Shown: positions 12,791 through 27,205, numbered from the stretch's first letter. The stretch is DNA of 64,000 nt from Hemiscyllium ocellatum (GCF_020745735.1 NC_083410.1:45730117-45794116), one strand, 5' to 3'. Notes: generated by a model not told the origin, from the sequence alone. A program made the numbers and translations.

Positions 12791-13429
12791 CTGGGTGTGC
12801 TATCCTTGCTAAATTTTAAACTAAATGTTTGCACATATTTATACTCAATGTTTTGGCATATTGTTTTTTGCAACTTGCAGTCCTTTGTTTATGTATCAGT
12901 ACAAAAGAAAAGACTGAATCTATCCTGTTCTACAAAATTCCACATCCCGTTAGGCAAATAGGCAATAGTACTTGTTTCATCAATAGATCTGCCTGCAGAC
13001 AGTGGCACCTGCTTTCTGCTTGAAGTTGTACACGTTGAACCAGGACACAGTGGGCAATCCCACAATGAATAATTGCAAAGAAATCTACAAATCACTAAAG
13101 GATATAAAACTGGTGATTATTATGAATGACTGCTATCTGTTATGTACTATTTTATATTTTCCAGTCATTCATTTTTTGAAAAGGCAGTTTTTCATGTTTA
13201 ATCATGAATCCTCCATGACTCAAAGAAAGTAGAAAGAATAAGACATTATGAATTTCCTTGGTTGTATATCACTGACTGGAATGTATAATTTGCATGCTTT
13301 CCATTTGTTTCTGAAAGTAAGAATAAGATGCATGCTTGTTGGGTTTGATTTAACGCAAAAAAATTCAAATTTTATTCAGGAATTTTTGAAAAGGTAATGC
13401 ATTTTTTGTGATCTTTTATACATAATTAG

Positions 13430-13542
13430 ATTGAGGTATGCATACTATATGGCTACACTAAAAGCAACAATACCCAAGTCACCACCCTTGAACATAAACC
13501 ATCTAATATAGCTGCACCTCATATACATGTCATGAAGTCAAG
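13430..13542 (+). pseudogene. USH2A: USH2A exon, homolog of human exon 47
   Basis: aattag|ATTGAGGTATGC...AAGTCAAG|gtaaat, 113 bp, phase-compatible with the previous exon. IEVCILYGYTKSNNTQVTTLEHKPSNIAAPHIHVMKS(R), versus human VEVCTIYACVKSNGTQITTVEDTPSDIPTPTIRGITSR; the second Cys is replaced by Tyr. Confidence 0.9.
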
Positions 13543-14254
13543 GTAAATAAAACTTACTATATTAAAAAAAAAATGCCATAACAATGATTTGGATTTAAAC
13601 TGCAGTTTACCTTTTACGGAATGTAGGTGTTGTCCCCTTCGCTGTATTTGTTGCCATTACCAAATTTGAGGGCCCAAATCCTCAAACAACAGATTGTGTA
13701 AAAACCTTCTCAAGAGTAACTGAAGAAAAGCACCAAATGCTGGCCTTTCCAGCAATACTCACATTCCATGAGAGAATAAATTAACCTTCCAGATAGGCAG
13801 TTATTGTAACTTGTAGACATGATTTCAGAGATGTGTTGCACTTTAGTGGCTGGGCAGAATGACAGAGACGCATCAAGTTCCCCTCCAAATGGAAAAACCT
13901 GCTCTGTGATTTATGTGTGGGTCATAGTCTGAAGGGAAAACCTACATTTTCTTACAACTGCTTCCGTTGGCCCTGCAGAAATAGCTATGACATTTCTTTG
14001 TAAGAGATTATCCTTATTACCACTGCATTTAACTGATCAGAGCATTCAGAGTATCCATGCAAGTGATGTGTCTTTCATGCTGCCACAAACTGCACCCAAA
14101 GGCACTTACAGCAATGATTATAGCAAGCTAGCTAGAATAGTTCATACAATTACATTTTTCCAAACAGTCACTTGTCATAAAACAACAAAAAATGTACTTG
14201 CTATTATTTACAGTTACAAATAATGCAGCGTACCCAGCACCTAATCCTAAAATA

Positions 14255-14790
14255 TTGGAGCAGAACTAGACAATTCAGCTCATCAGGTCCTCTCTGCCTT
14301 TCAATGAAATTATGGCTGATCTAATACTCTTCAACTCCACTTTCCTGTCTTACACCTAAAATACTTGATTCCCTCACTAATTACAAAACAGTCTACTTCA
14401 GCCTTGAATAATAACTTAGTGACATTGCCTCGACAGCCCTTTACAGTAAAGAATTTCACAGATTGACTACTGTCTGAGAGAAAAAAAATCCCTCCTCATC
14501 TTAAGTAGGCAAACCGTTACTGTGAGATTATGCCATTTTGTCTCAAACCTCCCCAAAAGGGGAATAAGACATGTCTGCATCTACCTTGTCAAGCCCTCTA
14601 AGAATCTGATATGTTTCAACAAGATTTCCTCTCATACTTCTCAACTTCAGTGAATAGAACCTAAATCTGCTCAACCTATTGTCTTAAGAAAAATCTTCCA
14701 TTCATGGGATCAACCTAGTGAAACTTTTCTGAACTACCTCTAAGACCTGTATATCTTTCCTTAGATAAGGGAACCAAAATTGTTCACAAG
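14255..14790 (-). mobile_element. Old CR1 3' fragment
   Basis: Same degenerate CR1 C-terminus and 3' UTR pattern as 12275-12790. Confidence 0.7.
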
Positions 14791-15229
14791 TACTCTAGAT
14801 CATGGTCAGGAGCACACATTTAATTAAGAAAAAGCTACCAATTAATTAGTTACATTGACACTTTTCTTTCACTTTATATTCTATTTAATTACACCTAAGG
14901 TGAGTTATTCCCATTTAATGTGTCATTTTCTTGTCTCTAAGTGGGCCACCCAATTAGTTTCCACACTGTCTGATTCAGGAGCTCAGGAGGAACCTTGCTG
15001 TACAGTTTCTAAACTAAAATTGTGATATCCTTAAAACAGAAATTAAGTATTACCACTTCAGTGACCTGCCAAGTTATGTGTCTAAGCCTCAATACCCCTA
15101 TTGCTGCCTCCAATGTCTCTTGACATGTTTGACTAGGGCAGGAGCCAGCTGTACAGGAGAAAGAGAAGGAAAGTAGCAGCACTTTCACTTCTTGTCAGGC
15201 TTTACCCCATCCTATTTATTACAGCAATC

Positions 15230-16050
15230 TTGGATATGGTGACCAAAACATTTACAGTGGAACTAGAAAATTTGGGTATGTTTTCTTGACAAAGGGTTCT
15301 TATATGGCCCAAATATCTGACAAGGCAAGGGCTCTCACCAGTCTTTCCTGAACACTTGTAAAGGCAATTAGGGATGTGTCCCAGGTTGTAATAACACAAT
15401 GCATCAATTCATCACAGTCCATTGTTATATTGTTGTAAACTCTCAATGCGCTATGGACTAATAAAGCGTTCCCATAAGCTGTACAGCTTTACGTGTGCAG
15501 CTATTCCAATGTTCCAGCAGCCAATCTGCATGTCAACACGGATTGCATCATTGACTTTCAGTTCCAGAAGTAGCTGCCACACCAGAGGTCCATGTGGAAG
15601 AAAAACAATTAGAGGAAACACTACACTGATATCTGGACCCCTTTCAGAAAGTAGTTCTTGAAATGTGGAGAGTCACAGTATTCAACTCAATCCGGATCTT
15701 CTCTCTATATTGGCCAGGTCTTCCAACAACAGCCATGAAGCCTCTCTGCAAATACTTGGGGAATTATTTGGTACTGACTAAGCCCTGGTGGAAATCGATT
15801 GTTCCTTCTCTAGTTCATTCTCCAGAGCAGAACTTTGGTATGGTGTTCCAGTTCACTTCCAGTTCTCCTAAAAGGATCTGTTTAAAATCATCTCTCTCCA
15901 AATCTGGATGTGAGGTTCTGAGCATTTCCCATTTTGGCATGAGGAGGAGGATGTTGCAACTTATATCTAATGTAATATCCAGTTCTTCCCTCAAGGTCCT
16001 AAGACATAGGTAGCAAGGGTTTATTTGTGCTTGAGGACTCTTTTCCCTGC
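15230..16050 (-). mobile_element. Highly degenerate LTR-retroelement pol (RT) relic
   Basis: Fragmentary motifs across frames, in the expected order: SCNILLLMPK, TIDFHQGL, STFQELL, AFTSVQERLVRALAL. Confidence 0.35.
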
Positions 16051-16794
16051 TCACTACTAAACATAATTCGCTTGCACTGCCTAGTTGACCAGTGCCATTC
16101 TACTCAAAAGAATAGAATGGACATGAAGCATATAACAAGGACCACAAATGTTATGCCCAGAATGACATTTGATGCAGGAAAGCTAAAGAGCTGATGATTA
16201 GCATGAAAAGATAATGATTCTTTGGAGGGAAAGAAAGGGCTTAGTTCTACAGACAGCAATAACCTGGACTTTTCTTACAGGGCTGAGGCTGCAAAGCATT
16301 CATCACCAACCTGATCTTGGTGGCAAGAGCTTTAATTCTCTTGACATTTAATTGATGGTAGCTTTATTTATTCCGAAAGTCAAATTGAAGTAATTGTTAT
16401 CAAGCTGCCCAGTAGTCAATCATATGAGAGAATTTCCATGCACAGCCAACCAGGAAACAAAGAAGCTCCGTTGACTTTTTATAAAGTTTTACTGACACCA
16501 TCATAAATAATGCATTGGACAGATGGGGTTAAAATAGAAGCTGAAATATTAAGAACAAACTTAGAAGAGAATTGTTTAGAAATCCAGTTTAAAATACACA
16601 AATTGGAGACATTAAAAAACATCCCACCATATAACATGATATTTCAGTGACAAATCAGCTGATTATATACAGATTACCATTAAAATACCAGTTTCTTAGA
16701 ATAGGACACTTTTTGTAGGTCTTCTTACAGTGATATTAAAGCAGAAAAGGGGCTGTTCTTACTAAACCTATTGATTTTATTGAAAGGTGCTTTT

Positions 16795-17040
16795 TAAATT
16801 TGTTCATGTGATGTGGGCATTGCTGGCTAGGCCAGTATACATTTTCGATACCTAATTCCTCTTGAGGAGGTAGTACAGTCCACACACGATGCTGTTAGGA
16901 GGGGAGCCCAGGATTTTGATACCATGTTATTGAATGAATGGCAACATAGTTCCAAGCCAGGATAGTTTGTACTTGAATGGAAACTTTGAGGTGGTCATGC
17001 TCCGATGGATCTGCTGCCTTTGCCCTTCAAGAGGATCAAA
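16795..17040 (-). mobile_element. CR1-group LINE (second family) 3' fragment
   Basis: Reverse complement of the family 3' end seen at 10225 and 18065. Confidence 0.65.
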
Positions 17041-17099
17041 TTTGTGGGAAGTGTTCCTGCCAATTTTTGTTTTGCTTGTGAACTTCTGAGTTTTATGCA

Positions 17100-17905
17100 C
17101 AGCAGCAATTTCCAGAACTATCAATGCCGTGTTCAACATTGACATGCTGAAAGTCATGCATGGAATGTTGGAGTGACTGTCTATGTATGCAGTTGCACAG
17201 CTTAACGGGAACATTGGTTTGGGTCCACATAGTGTACCCTGTGGTGGCAAGGTAAACTTCAGAGTTTCTATGTTGATCTACACTGGGGCTAAGTTGTAAG
17301 ATTGAGGTTAGATTCAGTGGGTAGTTGAGAAGCAGCTTGATGTAATTGAGAAACAGACTGAGACCACAGACAGGGTGAATAGAACGGTCACCATTATAAA
17401 ACTCAAAAAGACTAACATATGAATCTGATCCCCAAGACTTAAATAAAACAATCAAGAGAGAATACTACCCTTTACGCACATTGAAGATGTGATAGAGGAG
17501 ATGTCTCATGAAAAATCTTGGTATTGGATGAAAACCCAAGATTTTGGCAAATTCAACTTTATGATGAAAGCTGCAAACCTTTGAACCATGAGAACACTAT
17601 TTGGAAGATTTAGATCCAAAAGACTACCAAGGGAGCTGTGTCCAACAACTCCAGAAGTGTTCCAGAAGTGTATCACTTAAAGGCTGGAAGGTCAGGAAGC
17701 AGTTGTAAACATTATAGGTGAGATGCTCATTTGGGGAGAAAACACAGAGCACGATAACAAGAGACTGAAGAACTTCTCAACAGAATCAGGAAATGTGATT
17801 TGAAATTGAACAGGACAAATGCAAGATTGGGATGAAAGAGATCAGTTACATCGGATACATGTCAACTGCAGAAGGCCTGAAACCAGGCAAAGACAAAGAA
17901 AAGTA
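17100..17905 (+). mobile_element. Ty3/Gypsy pol (RT) relic
   Basis: Across frameshifts: DPQDLNKTIKREYYPL..IEDV...FWQIQLYDESC...TLFGRFRSKRLP...PEVFQK...MLIWGEN...LKLNRDKC..GMKEISYIGYMSTAEGLKP. Confidence 0.8.
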
Positions 17906-18064
17906 CTGGGAAAGGAAACCATTCTCCTCACTTGGCCTGGCCAATATATGACTCCAGACCCCCAGCAACTGCCCTGACTTGCACACAATGTCCCAGATCA
18001 ACACCATTACATCCAACACAACTTGCAACCTCATGATCTGGGAAATTCCCTTTTACGTTTAAAG

Positions 18065-18340
18065 AAGCATCAGGAACGACAAAGGCAGCAGATACAGGGG
18101 AACACCACCATCTGCAAATTCCCATCCAAAGCCACTGGCCATCCTCACTTGGAAATTCATCACCTTCACTGTTCAAAATCATGGAAATCCCCCCCCAAAG
18201 GGCATTATGGGGCAACCTACAACACGAGAATTGCAGTGGCTCAAGAAAGCATCTCACCACCGTGTTCTCAGGGGCAACTAACAACAGGCAATAAATGCTG
18301 GACAGCCAGCAACGCCCACATCATAGAATTGAATAAAAAG
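18065..18340 (+). mobile_element. CR1-group LINE (second family) 3' end
   Basis: ggcagcagatacaggggaacaccaccatctgcaaattccc...ggcaataaatgctggacagccagcaacgcccacatc...gaataaaaa. Confidence 0.7.
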
Positions 18341-20309
18341 AATCACAGCAAACCTCAAGCATCATCATTTAAAAACACTCACAGTCAGGGATCTTATTTC
18401 ATAGTTGGGAGACATTTTGTTCTTTTTTCTTTTCTTTATGCTTTTCTTAATTGTCATATTATTATCTTTTCCTGCAATTTCCTAATAGATCACTAAAGAT
18501 TGATCAATTGCCCCAACATTTCTGGCCATGGCCTACATGTGCCCTGAGTAGTTCATTTATTTGCCATGGTAGATTTGTTAGAGTGGAATTTAATCAATAG
18601 ATAATTCATTATTTTAAGCACAGAGACCCAGTTCAAAACTCTTATCATGGTTACAGTTTTGACTGAAATATGCCTTAGCTGATCAGTTTAGCTAGGCTTG
18701 CAGTGAATATGAAATTATCTAATTTTTATGAATGATTCAGTGGAAAATTGATTCAACATAAAATAATGTAATTAAGCAACAGTTTAATAGTTGAACTGTT
18801 ACTGCTGGCGAAAATTGATTCAGTAAAAATATCCAAATTAAAAACGATGAGATGATTCATCTTTGTATAATCAAAGCAAAATCTTGTTTTATGGAGATTT
18901 TGAGTATTTGCTGGATTTATATCACAGTCATAGGTTCTTTGGCAGAATGGTGATCTTCAGTGAATCTAGACTCTATATATACACAAGGCATGACTTCTTT
19001 CTCACTGGTATTGATGAGAAGTGCAAATAATTGGGAAAATTGGTCATGGAGAGATGCTCATCCCCTTCTCACCACCTCAGTAATTTATCCTGTCACTCTA
19101 GATCTTCATCAGTGGGACTTCTTTCTTTCCACTCAGTTTGTCCCATTGATTAGTCTCTTTTGGCTCTGCCAGAATGAACAGAATCTGTGGGTGGCAATGG
19201 GATGTATCTTTCAGCTGGAGATAGTTTCCCTATTGCGTTCAACTATGGAGGTTTGCCAAACAAAGCAGCTTCTTTTCTATGCTGACCATATGGAATTGTT
19301 AACTGACTGCAATATTTCTTGATCTGTAGGCCAGCCTGTAACCTTATCTGAAAATGGGTCCCACTCCACTCTTCTTCATGGCAATGTGAAATGTATTAAC
19401 CTTGCATCCTGGTAGAAATGATTTGTGATTCTTGACCCCAAATTGTAGCATATAATAAAATAGACAGTTAACAACAAACCCAATGTTTCTCAATACCTTT
19501 CTGTGACTTTGAGAGACTCTGGGCTGAATTTTACAGAACTTAATGCTCATCACACCTATCAGAAGAAACATGGATTGCAAACTGACCAAGTTTAGGAAAG
19601 GTTTCCCTATCACAGTAATAGTCAGGGAAAAATTATGATGAGGAGATGATAGGGCTTCCATGGCTCAGAAAAAGGATGTCCTGCCCATGAATGCAGTTGA
19701 GCAACCTGATCGGCCAGTAGCTGAGTAGTCCTAGCATGTCCCTGGGAATATGAACTGTCCCAAAGAGAAGGACAGTGGATGTCCAATTGAAAGGTGGGAT
19801 CTTGGAGTTTTTGAATGGTGGTGGATGGGAGCAATGGTAAAGTCAGGCATTGGAGGCCAACAGGAGGACTCAACAAAGGGGAGAGGTGTTTGTTGGTGGT
19901 GATGGACATAGGTCATATCTTCAAAAGCAAGTGTCAGGTCCTTCCTGTCTTTTCTCCTGATTCTCTCATGCTACCAACTGAAGTTCCACATATGCTGTTG
20001 CAGAACAGATCATTATAGGCTTTCAACTAGCTACTAATTGGCAATTAAAAGCCTCAGTAGGAGACAGAGTGGTTGGACAGAGTGAAGCCTTACCTACCTC
20101 ATGTGTTTTGAGCAACAGCTTATGCGAATATGCAGAAATGCTGTGTCTAGCCACCATGCTGTATTCTGTATTGTTTTAACTAGATTCCACCTACTCACTT
20201 TATAATGTACATTCAAGTTTAGCTCTCACAATTTTATTACTTAAAGCAGAATAGTGGTAAGCAAATAAAACTCTGGATTGTGATATTAACTTTAAATATT
20301 TTTTTAAAA

Positions 20310-20530
20310 TTATACTTTAGTGGGATGTGCAGGCTAGGCCACCATTTGTTGCCCATTCCTTCTTAGCCTTGAGATGATTTTGGTAGAGAGCCATTTCCTT
20401 GAATCACTGCAGTCCATGTGATGCAGGTGTACCCACAGTGCTGTTAGAAAGGAAATTCCAGGATTTTTATTCAGCAATAGTGAAGACATTGTGAAACATT
20501 TCCAAGCTGGGATAGTATGTGCTTTGCAGG
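20310..20530 (-). mobile_element. CR1-group LINE (second family) 3' end
   Basis: Reverse complement of the same family tail. Confidence 0.65.
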
Positions 20531-21224
20531 CGAAGAAATCCATAAGACACAGAACAAAATAAATATTTTCAAGATTCTAAAGTTAGCATTTAAAGATTAT
20601 TATCCTTTCCGAAAACATAGACAGTCAGTCACTAGCTGAAATACAATGAGTAAAAGCAAGAGAAAGAAACAATTGTAGAAGGGGCCAAAAGGCAAACACG
20701 ATGAGTACGAAATGCTCAGTGAGTCATAAAAGACATTTAGATCATGTCTACAGAATTAGCAAGGCCTGAGCATCTATATAAGCAGATAACAAGTAAATTT
20801 AAGGAAATCTAATGAAAGAGTCTAGCAGAAGAAGAAAAGTCAGAAAAAGTTGAAGATTTAAAAGAACTGGGAATCAGTAATTGAGTACAATTTTGCTGGG
20901 CAGATTTAGCAGCCAGAGAACATTATTTGACGAGTTGTGTCGAAAAGTGCACTGGGAAAAGTGAAAAATGTACATAATATCTGAGAAGAAGTGGGAAAAC
21001 TCAATTTTCACAGGGGACGGGGGTCAACAGCTAAAGAAGCTGGTAGTCACAATTTTGATAATTAGAAATTGCAGGAAATATTTTAAAAAGGTGGGAAAAC
21101 TCAGTATAGAGTACAGAGATACAACATTACAAATAAATTATAAGAGCTTTATATGCATTAATTTACCAGAGAACAGTCAGTAACATAATTTAAAGGTCTA
21201 TTGATGAATTCAATACTATTTTTT

Positions 21225-22640
21225 AAAATGTATTCATGGGAAATGAGTGTCGCTGACTGGGCCAGCATTTATTGCCCATTCCCAGTTGCCCTCGAGAAGG
21301 CAGAGCTAGCTGACAGGGAGGCAGTTCCTGGACTTTGATCACACTGAAAGAATGATGATATATTTCCATGTCACGATTGGGAGTGGCTTGCAGGGGAAAG
21401 TGTTCTAATGCTGCTCTTTTGCTTCAGAATGCATGTGGTTGTGAGTTTAGAAGGTGTCTTCTAAAGAGCCTCGGTGAATTTCTGCATTGCATCTTGATAT
21501 TGTATACATTACTGCTATTTACTGTCGTTGATCGAGGGAATAAATAATGGCAAATGTGCTGTCCATCAAGCAGAAAGCTTTATACTGGATACTGTCAAAC
21601 CTTTTGAGTGTTGCTGGGATTGCACTAATCCAGGTAAGTGGGAGTATTCTACCACACACATGACCTGTGCCCCTTAGATCATGTGTAGCCTTTGGGGAGT
21701 CAGGAGGCAAGTTACTCACTCCAGGATGCTTAACTTCTGACCTCCTCTCATAGTTGCAGTATTTATATGGCTCGGCCAGTCATTTTCTGGTCAATAGTAA
21801 TCCCCATCCAGACAGGATATTGATGGGGGTTTCAGTGATAGAATGTCATAGAATCATAGCATTGCTATAGCGTGAAATAGGACATTCAGCCCAATGAGTC
21901 CACACGGACCCTCTGAAGACCATTCCACTAGACTCCTCCTCCTACCCCATCCCTGTAACCCTGCATTTCCCATAGATAATCCACCTAGCCTGCACATCAC
22001 TGGACACTTAGCATGGCCAATCCATCTAATCAGCACATTGTGGACTGTGGGAGGAAACTAGAGCACCTAGAGGAAATCCATGCAGACACGGGGAGAATGT
22101 GCAAACTTCACACAGTCAGTTGTCTGAGAATGGAATCGAATCTGGGTCCCTGGCACTCTGAGACAGCAGTGCTGACCACTGAGCCATTATACCACCCTAT
22201 GATTCTATGTCGAGGGGCATTGGTTAGGTTCTCCCATATTGGATATGATCATTACTTGGTACTTGTATTGGATGAATGTTATTTGTCATGTATCAACCCA
22301 ATACTGAATATTTTCTAGGCCTTGCTGCATTGGACATGGATTGCTTCAGTATCTGAAAAGTCATGAAGGATGCTGAACATTGTATAATCAATGAGTGAAC
22401 ATCTCCAATTTTGATTTTATGATGGAGGAAGGACGTTCATAAAGCAGCTAAAGCTGTTTGGAGGACATTACCCTGAGGAACTTCTACAGAAATGTCATGG
22501 TGCTGAGCTGATAAATCACAAACAAACAAAACCATCCTCCTTTTTGAAAGCTGTTACTTCAAAGATTGTCCCATTAACTCCTGCTTCGCTAGATCTCCTT
22601 GATGTCATACATGTTTGCATGCTTCCTTCATGTCAAGGGC
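21225..22640 (-). mobile_element. CR1-group LINE (second family) 3' portion, interrupted by an HE1 SINE
   Basis: PLTWISAIPATLKRFDSIQYKAFCLMD...IYSLDQRQ (RT C-terminal region), with the family tail at 21225-21300. Sequence resumes after 22200. Confidence 0.7.
21846..22197 (-). mobile_element. HE1/V-SINE, near full length
   Basis: - strand tRNA-like head (tggctcagtggtcagcactgctgtctcagagtgccagggacccagattcgattcc), V-domain (gtgtctgcatggatttcct) and a CR1-like tail. Confidence 0.85.
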
Positions 22641-23689
22641 TGCCACTCTTAGCCCCAGTATTACAGGGTTCCAGTTTATGTTTGAAATCACTGTAATTGC
22701 AGGTCATTTCAGGTTCACCCATGGTTTCTGTGATAGTCAGACAACTAAGCATGTCAGCCACTTTGTTGAGTGTCCCTGCAATATAATCAACCTTGAAGTT
22801 GAACTGATGGTGACAGTAAAACCATTTGTACATGCAACAGAATCAATGATGCTGATATGGCTAACAATGCAGTCAGTGCTTGGTGATCAGTCCAGAAAGC
22901 AGACTTTCTGCCATAAAGGCAAATCGGCTAATATTCATTCGCATGGATAAAATCTAGTTCTTCATACTCAGTTTCCTACAATGGTTTGTCAGTGATTTGT
23001 TGTCTGTTTCCTTCAATATACTGAGAGAGTATTGTTTTTAGTCACATTTCCTAATGTATCAGTTGTGACATGCATTTCCACATGAGAGTTGAAAATATAC
23101 TGGAGATGCTATCTTTGCCTTTGATTTGCCAAATGCTGTTTGCTGTGTGATTGCCCATTTCCAACTTGCACTGCAGCTTCTGAAAAGTTCCACAATATCT
23201 ACATTTTAGGAATAGGTTTGTAACAAAATTTAATAACAGCAAGGGACATTGCCAATTCCTACCCATTACATGGATTCAGAAGCAAATGAATGACTTTGAT
23301 GTAGTTATGTGTAAGCTTCAATTCTGCCAATTCTATGCCCCAGAAAGGCAATCATTATTGCCATGAATGTGAATTTTCCTTGTTGAGTTTAAAAATTGTG
23401 TTATTCAAGTCACATGAGCATTGCTGATAACTATTGATCATACTCAGCTTTCTTCTTTTCAAGGGAAACAACCTTGTCAAGTAGGTTAAATGTCTCCTGA
23501 AAATCTGACAAGACTAAAGAAATTATCTTGTAAAATGTGTTAGCTGCTGAACTTGGTCCATAGGGCATTCTGTAATACTGACACACACCTTGATGACTAA
23601 TAAAGGCTATGCTCCATTAATGGTTTTGAAAGTATTTCTGTCACGTGTACATCTTATGACGACTGTAGATTCTTAGGCAGAGTCAGAAG

Positions 23690-23915
23690 TCAGAAGTCAC
23701 ATGACACTGGATTCTAGCCCAACAGGTTTATTTAAAATCACAAGCTTTCAGAGCACTGCTCCTTCATCAGGGGAAGTGGAGGGAGGCACATAGGCAAAGA
23801 ATATATAGGTGGAGAGATAATGGCAAGGTAGCTCCAGGGTAATTAAGAGCATCAACAGATAAGTACTAGTAGTGTGCGTAGCATGTCAACAGATTGAATA
23901 ACAAGTCTTTGTGAG
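23690..23915 (-). mobile_element. Penelope 3'/pLTR fragment with a hammerhead-like core
   Basis: - strand 23738-23774: tccc CTGATGA a ggagc agt gctct GAAA gctt gtga. A related, deleted copy lies at 30362-30438. Confidence 0.6.
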
Positions 23916-25924
23916 TGGTTTCACATTAAGGATGAGTCAAACCTTTTCCCTTGAGCTAAACAAGGCTCAAGGTATTATGAGTCATATTATAGACAGTGGT
24001 GAATTCTGGAATAATGTTCCCCTTTTTTCAACTTTCAAATGACCATAACAGCATGTATTTTAGACATTGAGTATTTTATCCTTTGAGCACTGAGACTTTC
24101 CAGAATAGGCATACATCAGGCATTCTCATAAGTCTAAATACTTGCCCAGAAGTTGTGCAGAACCTAAGTATTTTAAAAAAGGATATGAATTCAAAGCTTT
24201 TCATCTTGTACTCATTGGGATTAGGATGCAAGATACTGGATTTGGAAAACAGAACACCAATTTATATGACATAAGAAGAGGGTGCTGATTGGTTGGGCTA
24301 TCATTGGCATGGATAAACAGCAGAAATGATTGACTGATAATCTTGAGTGTCAGCGCAGCCAGATAGACTCTGATTAGTCAAGGAGTTGCTATGTAGATTA
24401 CAGCAGAGTTTGGCTGTATGGAGCACCCTTATCCCAATGAAAGAAAGTCTAATATATGTTTGAAGTACTTTTATCAACATAAACAGGATTCTTTGTGTTC
24501 ACATATGTAAAATTTAGCATCAAAAATGTATCACACTGCAAACCTAATCTTAAATTGACTTCTGGTGTAATTTTTAGCACAGTCTTGTTTATTTAGTAAG
24601 TGTTGTCCAACAGTAGAATTACATTTAATTTTGGACTTGCTGACTTGCAAAAGACTTGCAAGCATGATCTAGCTGAGCATGATTGGTGCACTGCCGAATG
24701 CAAATTATGAAACAAATGTATTGTTTGATACAATCTGTCAATCATTGGGATATGTATCTTATATACCTGGTATCACACATGCACAAAAATTCATATGTGT
24801 GGTGCATAGAACCTCTCCTTGGCTTGGTGGCAGAATCCTATTAGGAAAGAAAAGCATTTCTGCATTGCCTGCAATGAGCAGCATGAGACAGTTGGCTTCA
24901 CCTGTTCTTCAAATTTTATGGCATCTTCCCCTTCCAGGGTAACATGACACTGACTAAGCAACATTAAAGCCAAAAGTAGTCTTTGTAGGCCTTTCACCTG
25001 TTTTTGTGATACACAATGTTCTAGTCCTCGTCAGTTCAGATGAGAAAACAAAATAAATGTTTATATTCTCTACACCCAAAATGCCAATGCAAAAACACTC
25101 ATATTTACCCATAGGTCTTATACAAATGGAAAATTATGACACTTAAATATTTTTCATGTACTTCAATTTTATAAAGAATTGGAAAAGTCACTTCTATTGT
25201 CAGTCCTCACGATCATAGTTGAAAATGTTTTTAGCCTGAGTTTCTCTCTTTGTTTGTTGAAAATCTGGGTGGTTGAAAGTTTCTGGTCATAAACTCACAG
25301 TGATGTACACAAAGCAGTTACCAGCTTCTGCTTATGTCCCCAGTCAAAATTATGATTCAGTCCCTTTAGTGAAAGTAGGTGAAACAAATTCAATCCACTT
25401 CTCTGCCTGTGACAGAGTTTCTCGGGCAGTTTGTTTCTTTTTGCTAGAAGAGACAGTTTCTATGCATGGCCTTTACTTCCCAGAGGTATATTATGAACTA
25501 AAAAAGATGCCTTGGCTCCCCTGGAGTCTATCATGTCAAGAACATTTGTCCATATTCCATGTTACTTTTAAAAGTAAAATATCCTGTTCATGGGTTCACA
25601 GGCTTAGTCATCAATGAGCACTTTCATATTTGGGCACATGGATGAGAGTATCTGACCATGTTGATGAGATTGCTGAGGTCTACTTGTCCATTATCTTTGC
25701 ACATCGGCTGTTGAACAAACCATGTCTGCAAATCTGTGCTGAAGGGTCCATCCCTTTATAACCTTTTGAATATAACATGACTGATTCAATGTGGATTGCC
25801 AAGGTCATGGCTTTTTCCAAAGGTGAATCATTATCCTCAATGAGGAGGCTTTCCTGAATTTATGGAATTGAAGTATATTCAATTAATTGGTAATGAATTA
25901 GTTAATTAGTTTGTCACTTACATG

Positions 25925-26102
25925 AGAAAATGAGAGTGTGGTGCTGGAAAAGCACAGCAGCACAGGCAGCACCCGAGAAGCAGGAAAATCAGGAAGGGCT
26001 TTTTCCCGAAACATCGATTTTCCTGCTGTTTGGATGCTGCCTGCCCTACTATGCATTTCCACAATCTCAACTCTAATCTCCAGCATCAACAGTACTCACT
26101 GT
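25925..26102. mobile_element. Penelope-derived fold-back element
   Basis: gcaggaaaatc ... gattttcctgc inverted arms, with gaagggcttttcccgaaacatcg as a hammerhead remnant. Same family as 49983-50193. Confidence 0.65.
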
Positions 26103-27205
26103 CGACTACTTATATGAGGAAGCCATTTGTTGCAACACTGCCACAAAACTTTTAAAGGTTTCACCATTTCCCTAACACGTCTGATGGAAAATACGTGTGT
26201 GTATAAGTTGCATTATTACATGCCTTATTATGCATGCCTATTTGACAGCTCACTGGAGGATTGTTCACACTGCTGGAAAACACCGTTGACTTTGCTGAAG
26301 TTACATGTTTATATAGTCATATTGTTATTATTTTCTGTGGTCACTTCTGTCAACATCTCAACTTCTTGCAAAAGATTAAGAGTTGTGAAGTGCTTAAAAC
26401 CTATGTACTAATAAATTGAAGGTCTGTTTAATTGATTGCTTCTGCAGGGTTTATAAGCACCTGCTTTTCTCTCAAATGATTATGAATGGATTTTCTTTTT
26501 CCTCTAACAACTTGATACATGTCAGTGTTACTATAGGGTTCACCGTATCTATATAAGGTGTAAATGAGCACAGAGGTACCAGTAATTGGCATGCAGTGTA
26601 TAAGGGGTAATTTGGTATGGGTGTGATATGAGCTGGCATTGAGTTGGTATGGGAGATTTAAGGTACAGTTAGAGTAATAGGGTGGAAGGTGTGTGATGGA
26701 CTGATTTTGGGAGTGCTAGAGGGACTTAAATGTGAGCAAAACACCAGATCAAAGTCCCCTGTGGCTACTTCCAACTGCTTCTGAAATGCACTGACGCCTC
26801 CAATCCAAGGATCCCAAGATTTGGTATAACTGTGAGGAATTACCTCCAGCATTTCCACTGATCTTTCAGAAAGATTATTGGAGGAGAATGGGAGAATATT
26901 GCAGTCATTCAAAGCCACAGATATGTTGCTACAAAAAGAATGCCTATGATGGAAATCAAATTATCCCTATAATCCATACTAACTTTGAACTAAAAGACTA
27001 ACTAAATTCTTTCTTTTTTATGTATGTTCCTTCATTGTATCAACTTTAGACTCACCTTTAAATGTGTTTATGATATATGCAAGAAATATTGTTCCAAGTG
27101 AAAGAAATTTTAAATTCAACCAAAATTTACCCTGAAAACAATAGCATATAATTAACACACTACAACATTCTTTAAAGATATCTTTGTGTGTCAATTAGAC
27201 TAAAA

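Larger units (their letters stand above)
22690..26450 (-). mobile_element. Fragmented Gypsy element (gag ~25780-25890; RNase H ~22730-22840) with nested insertions
   Basis: Gag-like QLIEYTSIP*IQESLLIEDNDSPLEKAMTLAIHIES and RNase H-like KWFYCHHQFNFKVDYIAGTLNKVADMLSCL. That these belong to one element is inferred. Confidence 0.5.
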
